This document shows, one piece after another, positions 8,804-18,039 of a stretch of DNA of 64,000 bases; within the stretch, counting starts at the first letter, position 1; each line of letters begins with the position of its first letter. The translations under genes were made by a program, and so were the position numbers. Source of the DNA: Komarekiella atlantica HA4396-MV6 (GTDB lineage Bacteria > Cyanobacteriota > Cyanobacteriia > Cyanobacteriales > Nostocaceae); contig JAHHHK010000010.1 of the NCBI GenBank assembly GCA_019359395.1, positions 111,894-175,893 of the forward strand, in the 5' to 3' direction. Below the pieces are notes generated by a model, which saw only the letters and a list, made by a program, of their open reading frames with translations, searched no databases and was not told where the DNA came from.

Positions 8804-11158
8804 TTATTTCTCAAAACATTCCATTGCTGTTTCTACTTTCTCAACTTGCCTAGGTGCTTGCATTTCGTTAAAAAGAGCGATCGCTTGAACAAAATTTTCC
8901 CTACTTTTGTGAATTTCACCCATTTTTTGATAAGTCAATGCACGTTGATAATAAGCCTCAGCTAAATCTGATTTAGCACCTATCTTATCCAGAATTTCTA
9001 TTGCTTCTGAATGGTGAAAAAGCGCTCTAGTAAATTCTCTCTGTTCTCGATATAACTCAGCTAGACAACTTATAGCTTTAGCCTTAATCTGCGTAAAGTT
9101 GTTATCGTCAGAGTGAAATATAGCTCTTTGGCACAAATCAAACGATTTTTTAGTATTTCCTAAATTTTTGTAAGTTAAGCAGAGAGTTATTAAACTATGC
9201 CCTATTCCCCATAAAGTTACTCTACTTGATAATGACATTGTAGAAAAAGCCTCTTCTGCAATATAAAAGGCATCTTCTCTAGTACCAGAACACGATTTGA
9301 TTAAAGCCAAACAACATTGAGCATAAGCCATGTAATCATCAAAGTGGCTATTTTGTTCAGCAAGGCTGCAAACCGAAACGAAACAATCTTCAGCTGCTTC
9401 TATTTCCCCCAGTTCGAGCTTACAAAGTCCTTTATTGAACAAAATAGAAATTTTTGTTGGTTTGATATCTAGATTATCTAATATTTCACCTGATTTTTCA
9501 TAACACTCTATAGCTTCTCTAATGCACCCGATAATTCGATATGTATAGCCCAGGATAATGTAAAGTTTAATTAGTCTTTCTTGGGACTTTATATCATCTA
9601 TTATCCGCTTAATCACAGAAAAATTTTTCTGAAGCAATCCTAGTTGATAAAACGAGGAACCTAAAGGTAATCCCGTACTCCACTGTTGACCTCGACCTTG
9701 TAAAATTACATCACCAGCTTGCTCAAAATCACTAATTTCTACATAATGATAATAAGCCTCTAAAGCTGTTAAAGCATCTGTAATATTTTTGACTACTTCA
9801 ACCTGTTGCGTCCAAAATTCTGCTGCTTTTCGATTAACTATTTCCCATTCTTCTGTTACCAACCTTAACCTACTAATTGCTTCATCACGAATTACAGGAT
9901 GCAGCCAGTATTGTCCTTTTTTAGCTTCTATTAAAGATAAATCTTGTAATGCTTTAATTACAGGTCTACGCTGTTGTTCGGGTACATCCCAAAGCAAGCA
10001 TAAAACTCCTTCGATAGGTATAGAACGAATATCTTGATAGCGATAGCATCCTAAACGGTACAGCAGGCGATAGGCTTCTAAATCAATTTTTTGGAGACGG
10101 GTAAATTGACTGGCGACTAAATCTTTTAACTCTCTTTCTATTAATAAATCTGTACGATTTTCTTGCCAATAAGCATTTATATCACCATTGAAATCCGTCA
10201 AGATTGCACCTCGGAGAATTTGCATTGCTTTGGCATTACCTCCATAAGCTCTGCACATTTCACTAAGAACAGTAGAATCACAATTTATTTGGCGACGGCT
10301 GAAAAATTGTCGCCATGCTTTATCATCTAATCCTTCTAGGGGGTAAAGATGAACTTCTATACTAGACTCACGCAAACGCTCACGACTTGTTACTAAGGTA
10401 ACAGAATGTACATCTGGATCTGCTAATACTCTTAATAACTCAACATAAGGCCGACGATATTCCAGGAACTTGCCATTTTTATCTAGAGCAGTTTCTAGGT
10501 TGTCGATAAATACCCCAATTTTGGGAGTATGCTCTCGCAACTTCCGCCGCAATCGCTCTAAGTTGATGCCAAAATCGCGTCCTGGTTCTTCGTTAAAGTC
10601 TCGCCGTAGCCACTCCTCCACCACACTCTCCACAGGAGTAAGGTTTTGAATTTCTGTAGCCATCCATAGTTCTAGAACAAAATCAAACTTTTGATTTTTA
10701 AAATACTTACGTGCTAAGGTTGTTTTGCCAACACCGCCTTCACCTTGGATGAGAATAACTTTTGCTTCTCGATCAACGAGGGTGTGGATCTCAGCTATTT
10801 CGCGATCGCGTCCTACAAAGCTAGAATCTATATCTTGAGATTTAGTATTGTTACTGCTTAAATTAGGGACATGGGATTTTTGTGATTGCTGGGTTGTCCA
10901 AAATCCCTGAACTACGCCTTGGAAGGTTGATTTTGAGACTTTCTCTCCTAAAACATCTGATAGTAAATGCCAAAGTCCTGCACCAACTGCTTTTAAATGC
11001 GCTTCCGTGTAACCAAGATTGTTGGCAATATCCTGATAAGTCCGCTTCTCATCCTCCCACAAATGACGCAAGATAATGCTTTGAGTTCTATCTAAGTGTT
11101 CCCTCGTCTTGAGAAAAACTAAGCTGTCTACAAACTCTAAGGCCTCTTCTGCACCCAT
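8804..11158 (-). CDS. STAND (NB-ARC-like) ATPase with N-terminal HTH and C-terminal TPR repeats
   Basis: N-terminal HTH-like segment (TYQDIANNLGYTEAHLKAVGAGLWHLLSDVLGEKVSKS); FVGRDRE; Walker A GEGGVGKTT; Walker B VFIDNLE; YWLHPVI; TPR-like C-terminus (AEAYYQRALTYQKMG). Confidence 0.85.
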   Translation of the reverse strand: MGAEEALEFVDSLVFLKTREHLDRTQSIILRHLWEDEKRTYQDIANNLGYTEAHLKAVGAGLWHLLSDVLGEKVSKSTFQGVVQGFWTTQQSQKSHVPNLSSNNTKSQDIDSSFVGRDREIAEIHTLVDREAKVILIQGEGGVGKTTLARKYFKNQKFDFVLELWMATEIQNLTPVESVVEEWLRRDFNEEPGRDFGINLERLRRKLREHTPKIGVFIDNLETALDKNGKFLEYRRPYVELLRVLADPDVHSVTLVTSRERLRESSIEVHLYPLEGLDDKAWRQFFSRRQINCDSTVLSEMCRAYGGNAKAMQILRGAILTDFNGDINAYWQENRTDLLIERELKDLVASQFTRLQKIDLEAYRLLYRLGCYRYQDIRSIPIEGVLCLLWDVPEQQRRPVIKALQDLSLIEAKKGQYWLHPVIRDEAISRLRLVTEEWEIVNRKAAEFWTQQVEVVKNITDALTALEAYYHYVEISDFEQAGDVILQGRGQQWSTGLPLGSSFYQLGLLQKNFSVIKRIIDDIKSQERLIKLYIILGYTYRIIGCIREAIECYEKSGEILDNLDIKPTKISILFNKGLCKLELGEIEAAEDCFVSVCSLAEQNSHFDDYMAYAQCCLALIKSCSGTREDAFYIAEEAFSTMSLSSRVTLWGIGHSLITLCLTYKNLGNTKKSFDLCQRAIFHSDDNNFTQIKAKAISCLAELYREQREFTRALFHHSEAIEILDKIGAKSDLAEAYYQRALTYQKMGEIHKSRENFVQAIALFNEMQAPRQVEKVETAMECFEK

Positions 11159-11205
11159 TTGCTGACTTGACGTATCATTTTTACTTCATTATAGCGATAT
11201 CTTTA

Positions 11206-11274
11206 GTACTTATTCCTACTAGTCATACTACAAACTACTTTTTCCTACCTAATATTAGACTACTTTATCCGACT
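11206..11274. promoter_or_regulatory. Three direct copies of a 15-nt motif upstream of the STAND gene (candidate operator array)
   Basis: GTACTTATTCCTACT (11206-11220), CTACTTTTTCCTACC (11235-11249), CTACTTTATCCGACT (11260-11274). Confidence 0.5.
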
Positions 11275-11533
11275 GCAAGCCATTGTAGATTGTATTACTC
11301 TTGTAATTAATACAGGCGAAGTTAGGTTAAGCGCCAAAAATAAGGTGGTTGAGGAGAGATTTTACCAGCGCTGCTACTGCAAGCTTAGTAAATCACAGAT
11401 GTTACTTGTTACCTTCTGATATTAATGACTCATGAAAGTGGTACTAAACAGGCAGTAGGTATTAACTAACTAGATTCTGTAGAGGCGTGTTTACAACCAT
11501 TATGTAAGTTTTCACCCTACAGGAGGTTCAATA

Positions 11534-11803
11534 ATGTTAGACAAAAATTGTCATCATGATTGCAATCCGAGTTATTGCCCCTTTGCCCAAGATACAGGTA
11601 ATCCCAATAGATATGTCTGCCTCAAATGTGGTATGGAGCGAGAAATAAATAAGTATCACTCTGGTTTAGGCTCGTTTTTGCTGTTGTTGTTTGTTTTGTT
11701 TATCGCATTCCAGCTATTAGCCAATAATGAAAAGCAAAATACTCAACAAAAACAGCAAGAGTCTATTTACTATTCGCCCAGTAAGGTGATTGGCTACCTG
11801 TAA
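11534..11803 (+). CDS. Small Cys-rich membrane protein (hypothetical)
   Basis: AGGAGG SD upstream; CHHDC...YCPF...CLKC followed by one TM helix (FLLLLFVLFIAFQLL). Confidence 0.75.
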   Translation: MLDKNCHHDCNPSYCPFAQDTGNPNRYVCLKCGMEREINKYHSGLGSFLLLLFVLFIAFQLLANNEKQNTQQKQQESIYYSPSKVIGYL

Positions 11804-11849
11804 AAAGATATTCACTACTAACAATTTAGCTACTTTTGTGAGTAAAATT

Positions 11850-12077
11850 ATGACTACCAATCAAGATACGCTTCTATTCCGCTTGACCTCTAAGTCTCTG
11901 AAATATTTCTTGTTGATGCTATTTGGCTTTGCGATCGCCTATGCTCTATCGAGTGGTTTACGTGTTTTTCACATTCTCCCCATACTGGTGTACCTTTTGC
12001 AACAGTTTATGCTGCCACTAGGAATTATCTTGTTATGTTTAATAACAATAACGGTAATTTTTGAGTCTTTGCGTTAG
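11850..12077 (+). CDS. Small membrane protein with 2 TM segments (hypothetical)
   Basis: Track ORF is 11790-12077; the ATG at 11850 (MTTNQDTLLFRL) avoids overlap with the upstream gene. Two hydrophobic segments. Confidence 0.65.
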   Translation: MTTNQDTLLFRLTSKSLKYFLLMLFGFAIAYALSSGLRVFHILPILVYLLQQFMLPLGIILLCLITITVIFESLR

Positions 12078-12147
12078 AAGTCAAGGGTCAAACCAATTGG
12101 CAATGGGCTACGTCTCCCAGTCACCAGTCCTAGACTCCTTAAAAACC

Positions 12148-12167
12148 AAGTCCACGCAGGTGGACTT
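12148..12167 (+). terminator. Hairpin / REP-like repeat after the small-gene pair
   Basis: AAGTCCAC-GCAG-GTGGACTT followed by ATTTATTTT. Confidence 0.5.
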
Positions 12168-12242
12168 ATTTATTTTGGTTAATAAAAATTAAAATAGGTT
12201 TACTATCCTTTAAAATCTTTTGCAGAGATTTAGGTAAGATAT

Positions 12243-12644
12243 ATGGCTGATATTGTTGATATTGCAGTTAATGCTGATTCTTTCAAGACGCTGGTAACGG
12301 CTGTACAAGCCGCTGGTTTAGTGGAAACATTAAAAAGTCCTGGCCCATTTACTGTATTTGCACCAAATGATGATGCTTTTGCCAAATTACCACCGGGAAC
12401 TATACAAACTCTGTTACAGAATATCCCTCAGCTAACGCGAATTTTAAAATATCATGTCGTTTCAGGAAAGCTATTGCAGGCTGATTTGGCAGAGCTAGGT
12501 ACGGTTAATTCTGTGGAAGGTTCACCCATTAAAATTGATTCTTCTGATGGTTTTGAAGTGAAAAATGCCACTGTTTTAGCAGCAGATATCGAAGCTGATA
12601 ATGGTGTGGTTCACGTTATCGATACAGTGATTTTGCCTGGTTAG
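12243..12644 (+). CDS. Fasciclin (FAS1) domain protein
   Basis: [36 protein letters not shown]1 motifs; no signal peptide. Confidence 0.95.
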   Translation: MADIVDIAVNADSFKTLVTAVQAAGLVETLKSPGPFTVFAPNDDAFAKLPPGTIQTLLQNIPQLTRILKYHVVSGKLLQADLAELGTVNSVEGSPIKIDSSDGFEVKNATVLAADIEADNGVVHVIDTVILPG

Positions 12645-12651
12645 TTCAGCT

Positions 12652-12714
12652 ATGGTGGGCGCTACCCACCATGCTCAGCAATTCATAATTCATAATTAAT
12701 AATTTATAATTGTT
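12652..12714. repeat. REP-like hairpin plus a short tandem heptamer run (STRR-like)
   Basis: ATGGTGGG-CGCTA-CCCACCAT (12652-12672), then AATTCAT AATTCAT AATTAAT AATTTAT AATTGTT (12680-12714). Confidence 0.55.
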
Positions 12715-12847
12715 AAAGATAAAATTTGCTTTAAATTATGTTACATTCACAGTGTGATTACTCATTTATATGCTAAGGTTAATGTCATTATTTGGAAATA
12801 AGTTAAATTAAATTACTAAGCAGCTAAACATTATCCCAACAAAATTG

Positions 12848-13183
12848 ATGCTTGATTTCAACGCCTTAATTGAGTTCTCTCGCACCAACTGCATTAGTAT
12901 TTGTGCCTTTCTTGTGCCAGCAAACTTACTTGTTACCTTATTGACGATTATCCTAACCGTACTACGTCGTCCATCATATCAAGTGTGGCAATCTGCCGGA
13001 ATAGCCAGCATTTTCGCTTTCGTGATGATATTGCATGTATATACTTGGTTCATGATTGGCGTGGTAATGCCTCCTACTTATATTTTGCTGTGGCTAGCAA
13101 TCAGCTGTTTGCTGACTAATTTAGCAGCAATTCTTTTTCAGAGACGCTACATTAACAATTTGAGTCTTTCCAATAACACCTGA
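12848..13183 (+). CDS. Small membrane protein with 3 TM segments (hypothetical)
   Basis: ICAFLVPANLL, MILHVYTWFMIGVVMPPTYILLWLA; ATG at 12848 (the track uses TTG at 12845). Confidence 0.75.
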   Translation: MLDFNALIEFSRTNCISICAFLVPANLLVTLLTIILTVLRRPSYQVWQSAGIASIFAFVMILHVYTWFMIGVVMPPTYILLWLAISCLLTNLAAILFQRRYINNLSLSNNT

Positions 13184-13276
13184 ACTGGATCGCAGAACGA
13201 TTTGGCAAAACACTCAAAGCCAATCTATGGCTTCTCTACGCTCTAATTTATCTTTGCGAGAACTATGAGATTACTA

Positions 13277-13304
13277 GGGAGAGAGATTCTATTAACTCTC
13301 TCCC
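13277..13304. terminator. Hairpin between convergent genes
   Basis: GGGAGAGAG-ATTCTATTAA-CTCTCTCCC. Confidence 0.5.
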
Positions 13305-13322
13305 ATCTTTGGGTATCAAGCC

Positions 13323-15233
13323 CTAAAACACAAAGTTGGTAGAGTTATTTAGGGTATCTGTACTTGTGACGTTCACCGTGATCAAAGATTTGAAGATGTC
13401 CTGACCAGTGGGGCCATCAGCGTCAATCTGCACGCTGAAATTCTTGGCACTACTACCTTGTACGACTTTCACATAGCCATCAGCTATTGCGTTGCTGCCA
13501 GTGTAACCTGTGGAAATTAGGCTGTCGAGTAACTGGGTGAAGACTATTTTGTCCTTGCCAACCTCGAAGTCAGTAATTGTATCACCGCGATCGCGTATAT
13601 TAGTGTAGATAAATTGGTCATTACCGCCACCGCCTGTAAGTGTATCTGCACCTTGTAAGCCAGTGATCCGTTCGTGGTTAGAAGTACCAATTAGAACATC
13701 TCGCGCTGAAGTGCCATTGATTTTGTCTATATTCGTCGTCACACCGCCAATATTTTCACCACCAACTTCAAACGCTCCAATATCAGGTCTACTATCACGG
13801 CTAAAACCGCGCTGATCGGTTACTGGTGCGCTTGTAATCCCTGCATTCATAGCGGGACTACCCGCCAGCAGCGGATGCACCAAAACACCATTCATGTTTT
13901 GCAGAGAACCTAATTTAGGGTCAGCAATAAGGGAGTTAGCCGTTACTCTAGGACTCTTGCTATTCGGTGGAGCTGGAAACTCGATATTTTCACCACCATC
14001 ACGTAACTGGAATGCGGTCTGTTGACCAGATCCCAACAGATTATTTGCTGTATTGTTGGCAACAATTGAATTGGTGAGGGTCACGGTTTGCTTACCAACA
14101 ACCCAAAACGCCCCGCCGTTATTTGCGGCGTAGTTATTGACAAGTGTAGAGTTGACAACGTTGAGCGTAGCAGATGCGCTGGGATTAATGGTTATTGCGC
14201 CACCATAACCTTTCTCGCTAGTTGCCTTATTCCCAGAAAAGGTACTGTTCTCAATATTGATCACCGCATTTTTTGAGGTTGTATCCCCATCTAACCACAA
14301 CCCACCGCCTTGTCTTTCGGAAGTGTTATTGGCAAAGGTGACATTACGAACCGTCACATTACCATTGAGTCGTGCTCCCCCTCCCATCGCCAGGCCTTTA
14401 TAATTGGCTGTCACCTTATTATTGAGAATCGTGCTATTTTCAACAATTGTCTTATCTTTACCGTAGGTATATAGATAAAGTGCTCCGCCTGCGCCAGCAC
14501 CCTCATTTCCCTCAAACCAGCTCCCACTTACCTTAAGTGTGCCACCTGGTGCGTCAGCGCTCGCTCTAGGGCCGCCATTACTGGCGCCATCTGCGAAAAT
14601 TCCCGCAGCTCCATCTTTTGAGCGGTTGTTGAGGAAAACGGAATTCTCTACAGTCAGAGGGCCTAATTGGGTGTAAATTGCACCACCTGTTTGACCACGG
14701 TTATTGGTGAATCGACTGCCTTTAACAGTTAGTGAGCCATTATTATCGTTAGCGATCGCACCTGCACTAAAGCCATTCTTGGTAATAGTACCATCGTTGT
14801 TGTTGAAGATGCTATCAATTACTGTGGCATCACTACGATAACCAACGTGAATTCCTCCACCTTGACCGCCAACATTATTGTTGAACTGAACATTGTCCAC
14901 AGTTATTTTACTGTAGGAACTGACTCTAACTGCACCACCTTTTCCTGTGTTGTATCCATCTTTAAGGTTCAAATTTTTCAGAGTAACGTCAGTTCCGTAT
15001 GCTGTGAAGAATATTCGGCTAGCTTTATTGCCACTGATAATTAAGTTCTCTGCTCCCGCACCATCGATTGTGATACTCTTTTTAACAGACAATTCACCAC
15101 TGGTAAGAGTAATCTTTTGGTTCGCTAGATTTTGTGCAAATGCGATCATGTCACCTGTTTTAGCCTTGGCGAGCGCATCTCTTAACGAACCAGCACCACT
15201 ATCTTTGGTATTGTTGACGGTGATAGTAGACAT
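13323..15233 (-). CDS. Secreted beta-helix surface protein (Pmp-like repeats, choice-of-anchor-Q-like segment, RTX repeat, T1SS C-terminal target)
   Basis: TITVNNTKDSGAGSLRDAL start; repeated FxNN/GGAI motifs; LLAGSPAMNAG...DQRG...PDIGAFE; GADTLTGGGGNDQF; DTITDFEVGKDKI...IDADG tail; no Sec signal. Confidence 0.8.
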   Translation of the reverse strand: MSTITVNNTKDSGAGSLRDALAKAKTGDMIAFAQNLANQKITLTSGELSVKKSITIDGAGAENLIISGNKASRIFFTAYGTDVTLKNLNLKDGYNTGKGGAVRVSSYSKITVDNVQFNNNVGGQGGGIHVGYRSDATVIDSIFNNNDGTITKNGFSAGAIANDNNGSLTVKGSRFTNNRGQTGGAIYTQLGPLTVENSVFLNNRSKDGAAGIFADGASNGGPRASADAPGGTLKVSGSWFEGNEGAGAGGALYLYTYGKDKTIVENSTILNNKVTANYKGLAMGGGARLNGNVTVRNVTFANNTSERQGGGLWLDGDTTSKNAVINIENSTFSGNKATSEKGYGGAITINPSASATLNVVNSTLVNNYAANNGGAFWVVGKQTVTLTNSIVANNTANNLLGSGQQTAFQLRDGGENIEFPAPPNSKSPRVTANSLIADPKLGSLQNMNGVLVHPLLAGSPAMNAGITSAPVTDQRGFSRDSRPDIGAFEVGGENIGGVTTNIDKINGTSARDVLIGTSNHERITGLQGADTLTGGGGNDQFIYTNIRDRGDTITDFEVGKDKIVFTQLLDSLISTGYTGSNAIADGYVKVVQGSSAKNFSVQIDADGPTGQDIFKSLITVNVTSTDTLNNSTNFVF

Positions 15234-15723
15234 TCAAGAATTCCTCTACATTATGCTTGGTTAACTGTTTCTTGCTACTCAGGAATCACGCAGACATAAT
15301 CTATCTGTTTGCTGAGAGAAAGATTCAAAACTAATTTTTCAACAGCACATCAATTGCCATAACAAAGTTGAGCAAGCATTGCTCCTCTAAAGGAACCACG
15401 CTGACTTGTCTTCTAAACCAATCTGGCAAATATTTCGCAAGCAAATCTTGCCTCTGATGCCTTCATCAAGGTTCTAATAGATGATTTGGCACGTTCATTT
15501 TCTCACCAAATAATGGTGGATATGTAACGTTGAATTTGGCTGCAAACTTTTCCTGTATTAAATAAGTCAAAAGGTAGAGTTTACGGTTGAGCTTGCTAAT
15601 TATAGTTGGTTAATTACCAATATTTTTTGATAACTATCTAGCTCACAACCCACTGGATGACTTAGCACTTGATGTACGTTACGCCCTATCATAAAAACTT
15701 TAAAAACGAATTGCCGTCAGAGC

Positions 15724-15866
15724 AAATACATAAAATAATTTAAATCTATGAGCAGAGGCTAGTCCGTAAATATCCTAGCTACCTTTGATGATTTTATCTA
15801 CTTATTATTAGGGAAAATACATAAAATAATTGAAATTATAGAACAGAAGTTAGCCTGTAAATATCC
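15724..15866. repeat. Two imperfect 52-nt direct repeats, period 91 nt
   Basis: 15724-15775 and 15815-15866 match at 42 of 52 positions; shared AAATACATAAAATAATT start and GTAAATATCC end. Confidence 0.7.
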
Positions 15867-16187
15867 CATATTTTGCTCATGAATTCAGATCTGAGGCATA
15901 AAAACTGTGTCAGCTTCCAAAGCTAATCAGTTGTCAGGGGGTTCTTGTATTCTGGCTTCTAGCTCCTGATTTCACCTTGTCTTCAAGAGTACATTGTTAA
16001 ATTAACAGCAGCGTAGATGATGCCACAACAAAGTTCTAGGGGCTGTATTTATACTTAGTGAATTTATATCTATTGAGCACAGTGAATAGGCTCAATTGTT
16101 AAGTATGATTTTTTGCTCAAGCAATGCATGACTACGGTGATTACTGAGCTGTATCTGATCAATTACTTATAAAAAAATATCTGTGAG

Positions 16188-16214
16188 TAGAGACGTTGTA
16201 ATCCAACGTCTCTA
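16188..16214. repeat. GTAGAGACG-type REP-like palindrome
   Basis: TAGAGACGTTG-TAATC-CAACGTCTCTA, 11-bp stem. Confidence 0.75.
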
Positions 16215-16274
16215 TATGGTCTGTCACATTCTTTTTTTAAATTGGTATTAGTTATCAGGGTTTGTAGTAAAGAC

Positions 16275-16312
16275 TTAACCTGGATTTCTCACTCGTGAGA
16301 AATCCAGGTTAA
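16275..16312. repeat. Perfect 18-bp inverted repeat
   Basis: TTAACCTGGATTTCTCAC-TC-GTGAGAAATCCAGGTTAA. Confidence 0.75.
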
Positions 16313-16418
16313 ATTCTGCGAACGCATATTCATCAATTTAAACTTGAGGCACAGAGCTACGCTTTAAGCTGACTTGATATTAGAGTGTGAAAATGATTTT
16401 GTTTGATGTCAAAACCTT

Positions 16419-16448
16419 TGTAGAGACGAGATATATCACGTCTCTACA
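16419..16448. repeat. Second GTAGAGACG-type REP-like palindrome, likely serving as the murF terminator
   Basis: TGTAGAGACG-AGATATATCA-CGTCTCTACA, 43 nt past the murF stop. Confidence 0.75.
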
Positions 16449-16491
16449 TTTGAGTTGATTATTTTTAATTCTTTTCTAATGCCTACAAAAT

Positions 16492-17853
16492 TTATCTGGG
16501 AAATTCTGCACACAACTGACTGACAACCCGATCTAGTCTCACTGAATGAGCAGCTTTGAACAATAAACGATCGCCTGCTTGCACAAATGTCTTTAATCTA
16601 GCCACCAAATCAGCATGAGTTGCAAAGCACTCAGATGGTATTCCCTCAGCACTAAGAGCGATCGCTTCAGCGTCTTGTCCATCTACTAAAACTAGCAAAC
16701 CGTCTAAATTCAACTTTTTGACTGTTTCTCCGACTGAGGAGTGTAACTGCTGCGATCGCTCGCCCAATTCTTTCATCGCACCCAACACAGCAATCTTGCG
16801 TTTTCCGGGGGTGTCTGCCAATAATTGCAACGCTGCTAACATAGCTTCTGGTGCAGCATTATAAGTCTCATCTAAGATTAAAACATCATTTGGTAAAGCA
16901 AATCGCTGCGATCGCCCTGTGGGCATATTCACCATCACACCTGCTTTTAGCGGCGACCAATCAATTCCTAATACCTTTGCTACAGCTAAAGCCGCCAAGA
17001 AATTAGTCGCATTGTGACGACCAGGCAATGGTAAGGGTAGTTGGATTCCTGCTACTTCCACAGTCTTGTTATCAATTAGTAGCCCTTGGATATCGCCGCC
17101 AGAAAAGCCATAAGTCACAACTTGTCCAGCCCAAACTTTCGCCGCCGTAGCGATTAATAGAGGATTATCGTGATTGAGAATTGCCACACTATCAGCAGGC
17201 ATTTCAGCCAATAACTCACATTTTGCCTCGGCGATCGCTTCTTCGGAACCCAGTAACTCAATATGCGCCGTCCCTACATTAGTTATCACGCCAATAGTCG
17301 GACGCGCTATTTGTGTCAATTCGGCAATTTGTCCTCTACCCCGCATTGCCATTTCAATCACGGCATAGTTATGTTCTGCGCCAAGTTCTAAGAGCGTTTT
17401 TGGGACACCAATTTCGTTGTTATAATTCTCATAAGTTTTGTGAACTCTTCCTTGTGTTGCCAAAACTGTGGTGATTAGTTCCTTTGTTGTGGTTTTGCCC
17501 ACAGAACCCGTTACCCCAACCACAGGAATCTCAAAGCGATCGCGCCACCATCTGCCAATTTTTTGATATGCCTGGAGGGTATCTTTTACCTGTAATACGG
17601 GGAACCCAGGATTTTCGTATTTAAAATCTACAATGGCTGCTAACGCACCCTTAGCGATCGCCGTTGGTACAAACTGATGTCCATCAAACTTTTCACCTCG
17701 TAAAGCCAAAAATACTTCACCTGGCTCTATTATCCGGGTATCTGTTTGTATACCACTGCTTACTTGAGCTAAGGCAACTTCAGATAAATTTACAGGTCGA
17801 GACAAAAGAATTTCAACCAGTTGGGTTAGGGTGGCAGAAAAAGGCATAAGCAA
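16492..17853 (-). CDS. murF: UDP-N-acetylmuramoyl-tripeptide--D-alanyl-D-alanine ligase
   Basis: DTRIIEPGEVFLALRGEKFDGH, VTGSVGKTTTKE, NYNNEIGVP, EMAMRG, DETYNAAPE, LGAMKELG. Confidence 0.95.
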   Translation of the reverse strand: MLMPFSATLTQLVEILLSRPVNLSEVALAQVSSGIQTDTRIIEPGEVFLALRGEKFDGHQFVPTAIAKGALAAIVDFKYENPGFPVLQVKDTLQAYQKIGRWWRDRFEIPVVGVTGSVGKTTTKELITTVLATQGRVHKTYENYNNEIGVPKTLLELGAEHNYAVIEMAMRGRGQIAELTQIARPTIGVITNVGTAHIELLGSEEAIAEAKCELLAEMPADSVAILNHDNPLLIATAAKVWAGQVVTYGFSGGDIQGLLIDNKTVEVAGIQLPLPLPGRHNATNFLAALAVAKVLGIDWSPLKAGVMVNMPTGRSQRFALPNDVLILDETYNAAPEAMLAALQLLADTPGKRKIAVLGAMKELGERSQQLHSSVGETVKKLNLDGLLVLVDGQDAEAIALSAEGIPSECFATHADLVARLKTFVQAGDRLLFKAAHSVRLDRVVSQLCAEFPR

Positions 17854-17958
17854 TTCAAAATAGTAAAACCGAATTGTAATAGGTAATTCTTGTGAGCAAA
17901 GAAATATAAAGTATTCTAGTTAATCTTTTTACACACAGTCACAATAACACTAAAAGTA

Positions 17959-17987
17959 GTGCCAAAAGAGCTTAACTCCTTTGGCAC
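17959..17987 (-). terminator. Intrinsic terminator of the TerB-like gene
   Basis: On the minus strand GTGCCAAAGGAG-TTAAG-CTCTTTTGGCAC followed by TACTTTT. Confidence 0.55.
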
Positions 17988-18039
17988 GCTTTGTTTATAA
18001 ACTATTTATATAGTTTGATCCAGCATGAAGAATGCTAAC

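Noticed and set aside
11285-11298. GTA-N8-TAC (NtcA-like) in the STAND divergent promoter
   Set aside because: The nearest TAN3T is 24 nt away rather than about 22, and such matches arise by chance. Kept only as a weak possibility.
15724-15866. Possible CRISPR mini-array
   Set aside because: Only two degenerate 52-nt copies, not palindromic, and no cas genes in the window.
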